This document shows, piece after piece, positions 1 through 12,852 of a DNA stretch of 12,852 bases. The notes under the pieces are model-generated. The model had not been told where the DNA came from, did no database searches, and saw only the letters and a program-made list of their open reading frames with translations. Position numbers and translations under genes: made by a program. The number at the start of each line of letters is the position of its first letter. Position 1 is the stretch's first letter. The stretch is from Tubiluchus corallicola (Eukaryota > Animalia > Priapulida): NCBI GenBank assembly GCA_030141605.1, contig JAQGDQ010002150.1, positions 1 to 12,852 on the forward strand, given 5' to 3'.

Positions 1-537
<537 letters not shown>

Positions 538-645
538 TTTTATCAAAGAATCATTCATTTGCTGAAAAGCAATTGAAAACAAGTTGAAAAACTAACAGAA
601 CGTTATCAGACAAGCAGTGATCAAAGATGCTGAAACAATAAATAC

Positions 646-9616
<8,971 letters not shown>

Positions 9617-9809
9617 CTGAAGTTTATGTAAAAGAAAAGTAAGAGATCTATCACAATTTACACAAGTGTTGTTGCAAAATCGATTAAAAGTGTAGAAATC
9701 AATAATCAATACCTAAATAAGAGGTGTGTTGAAGGAAAGTTAAAGGAAGACAGGATGATTTTTCATATACTATCCCATTTCCAAGTCCTATAAAAAGTAT
9801 CCATTTTAA

Positions 9810-10363
9810 CACAATTTGTACTGCAAAAGTGTGTTTCTGATAATTAAATAATAGATTAAAAACTTAATAATTAACGTCAGGCGAGTCCAACTATTGATGA
9901 CATCACAAACTAACATATTTTTCAACAGTAAAAATGTCACACGAGCGTGTTGGACGTGTTTGTGAAAGCGAAAATTGAAGTACAGTGCTACTGTAAGATA
10001 TTCAGTGCGTTGTAGTAAAACTAGGTAAGTTTTAAGATGAAAATTCAAATTTCAAATTTACTGTTGTAAAATGAGCTGAGCTCATGAGTTTCACATGAGC
10101 TGTAAAACGTGTGCAGTTCATCACAAACTAACACATCTGAACTGCAACACTTCCTGAAATGCAGGCGCTAGTGCCCGTCTAACTACCGAATGGCGAAATG
10201 TACGTAACAGCGAAGAAATAGTGGCGCAGACGTGAAATTGTGTGTGTGGTAATAATTTTTCACCTAAGTCATTTTTGATAAAAATAGTATGTTTCCATTC
10301 AATATTTTAAAGAGTAGATTGTTTTGACATTTTAGTTCAAGACTGGTTCCGGTATTGCTTTAA
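9810..10363 (-). mobile_element. Inverted, partial copy C of the TTAA element family
   Basis: Shared blocks in reverse complement with 3921-4460, e.g. ctagtgcccgtctaacta, aaagcgaaaattgaagtacagtgct and tttctgataattaaataatagatt. Ends in ...ttgctTTAA at 10363. Confidence 0.8.
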
Positions 10364-10861
10364 CTAGGCAGCTAACGTCTTAGGTACAACACAGACATTA
10401 TAACTGTGAGCAAAGATGCAAAATTTGGGCCAGAAATTTGAAAATGCATTTTAGAGAAAAGTACAGTGTAATTACATAGAAAAGTAATCACATTTGCTAA
10501 ACGTTTTTACGGACATTAATGGCTGCCTAATTTCTTGATACTGTAGACTGATTTTTTGCATACTGTAAACGTTAGTATATGAACGTAAATCTATAAAATA
10601 TACACCTTCTTACAAAATATAGCTAATTATTATACATATGTAACTTATTTTGTTTATACTCGTCATCTTAGGTTTCTCTCAATTTTTGTAAATATGTAAA
10701 TTTTGTAAATAACCTCTACATTTCACAGTTTTGATGATTTCCAGTAATTTCATAAGTTTCTTATAAGTAGCTGTAGATGGCGCTACGCGTATGCAGTGGC
10801 ATATGTTGGCTGGTATGCTGCCTCTGGTACGCAGTATACATTTCTTTTGTCAATGTACTTT

Positions 10862-11195
10862 TAGTCATAAGTCATAAGTCATTTATTTCACATTCCACAT
10901 TTACAATGGTTACATATACAATATCTAGTGAAAGGGCTTGCAATGGATATAATACAAATAAGAAATACTGCACAGGAAAAGCCTCAAACACTGTTCACTT
11001 ATATATAAATGTAAATGTATTCCGGCAATCAAAAAGCAGGGCTTGTTAGATTGTCCCACACAGTGATAGAAAAAAAAGTAATGGAAATAATATGAAAATT
11101 TAAAGTGAATCGTGTGACAAAGAAAACATTAGTGCTTAAAATGGAATGATGTAATGAATGAAGCTCATATATGAGATGATACAAAAGATAGAAAG
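10862..11195 (-). mobile_element. Probable 5'-truncated non-LTR retroelement 3' end inserted into the left inverted-repeat arm
   Basis: The segment is absent from the right arm. On the minus strand it ends gaAATAAAtgacttatgacttatgact, an AATAAA followed by a short tandem-repeat tail as in CR1/L2-group LINEs and their SINEs. Confidence 0.45.
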
Positions 11196-11554
11196 ACTTT
11201 GTATACGTAAGTTTTTAATTTAGTTTAGACTAATTGTCTTCTTTCCTAATTTGTATCAACAAAACTGCTTCATTGCAGTCAGTTGAATACGTTTGATTCT
11301 AACATTTCAATTTTTAATTTATGTTGAAATTATACTCATACTCACGACTCGTTTTTTATAATTAGTTTTAGCACAGAAATTATGTTTCAAAGGTTGTCGA
11401 TTTCAAAATATCGAGTTACTCAACTTGAATGTCGAGTAACTTTCACTCTGCAAACCAGAGGTTACTCAAAGCGAACAGAGTTGGTATCCGAAATTATTCT
11501 TTTGTTTTAATATTATCAAATAAGCTTTATTAAAATCACAAAAATATGACGTAC

Positions 11555-12040
<486 letters not shown>

Positions 12041-12357
12041 CATATATATACGAATAAAGAAAGAACACAATTATTCTAAACGATGGAACACTTTTAGTGC
12101 TTAATTGCCAATTAAAAACTTACGTATACAAAGTAAGAATACATTGAAATAACGAATTTATACTGCATACCGGAGGCAGGATACCAGCCAATCATATAAA
12201 GCGTACGCGTAGCGCCATCTACAGCTACTTATAAAAAGATGCTTATAAAATGACTGGAAATTATGAAAACTAAAAATGCAGAGGTTATTTACAAAATCTA
12301 CATATTTACAAAAATTTGAGCGAAAACTAAGATGATGCGTATATATATATATATTAT

Positions 12358-12473
12358 ATTTTTATGTTTTAAAAAATTATATTTTTAATTATCTACGTTA
12401 TATGTATATATAATATAACGTAGATATATATAATATATATAATAAAAAATATAATTTTAAAAAGCATAAAAAT
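12358..12473. repeat. AT-rich imperfect palindrome (~115 bp)
   Basis: Perfect inner stem atctacgttatat (12391-12403) / atataacgtagat (12413-12425). Outer arms atttttatgttttaaaaaattatattttta / taaaaaatataattttaaaaagcataaaaat. Confidence 0.8.
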
Positions 12474-12504
12474 CATTGTCATTAAATGTTTCATTAAACG
12501 AGTC

Positions 12505-12798
12505 ATTAAATGTTTTTTTTAATTTAGACTTGAATATTGATAAAGAGCTGCTGTGTTTTAGTGATGTCGGTAATGAATCCCAAGTTGCATTGCTTGCTTA
12601 GTAATGGAATTCTTTCCATATTGATTGTTCGTTCTAATGTTTCTTAAATTTAGTGTTCTGTTATTCATACTGGGGTTTTCAAGGAGTGGGAGCTTATTGT
12701 TTTTGAAAAGGAGAATTAATATTGTTGATATATTTATAGAGGAACAAGAGAGTTTGATAATCTCTGTGGGCTTCTAATATCGGGATTTTCATGGAGTT
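12505..12798 (-). mobile_element. Degraded LINE (CR1/L2/Crack group) ORF2 C-terminal fragment
   Basis: Hand translation of the minus strand gives MKIPILEAHRDYQTLLFLYKYINN..*, then RTLNLRNIRTNNQYGKNSITKQA and, after a frameshift, TWDSLPTSLKHSSSLSIFKSKLKKTF. This matches the WNSLP...SL..FK..LK motif that ends CR1/L2-group ORF2 proteins. Confidence 0.75.
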
Positions 12799-12852
12799 AT
12801 ATATATATATTATATTATATATTATTATATATATATATATATATATATTATA
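12798..12852. repeat. (TA)n / (TAT)n simple repeat running off the window end
   Basis: Directly visible. Confidence 0.9.

Noticed and set aside
9806-11049. 80-aa and 90-aa ORFs as transposase fragments
   Set aside because: No DDE, RT or other recognisable motifs; short chance ORFs within non-coding repeats.

Overview
Eukaryotic, AT-rich, repeat-dense genomic DNA, probably from an invertebrate (lophotrochozoan-like, which is an inference). The window holds seven internal exons of one minus-strand BMP1/tolloid-like metalloprotease gene: CUB2 C-half (9616-9497), EGF1 (7665-7543), CUB3 (6048-5888 and 5005-4804), EGF2 (3883-3758) and CUB4 (2859-2726 and 859-646). All have AG/GT boundaries and matching phases, and they splice into one 1080-nt open frame. 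The astacin domain, CUB1 and CUB5 lie outside the window. The introns are filled with compound microsatellites, 32-bp and 53-bp minisatellites, several non-autonomous DNA-transposon-like elements, a large inverted repeat and LINE remnants. Most notable: (i) two consecutive exons have their 3' end and splice donor locally duplicated (7 copies and 3 copies); (ii) an inverted pair of ~550-bp repeats brackets a frame-symmetric 606-nt four-exon block; (iii) several microsatellites show ordered single-substitution 'walks' that return to their starting motif. No prokaryotic-type system or novel ORF is supported; the long ORFs in the track are repeat artefacts.
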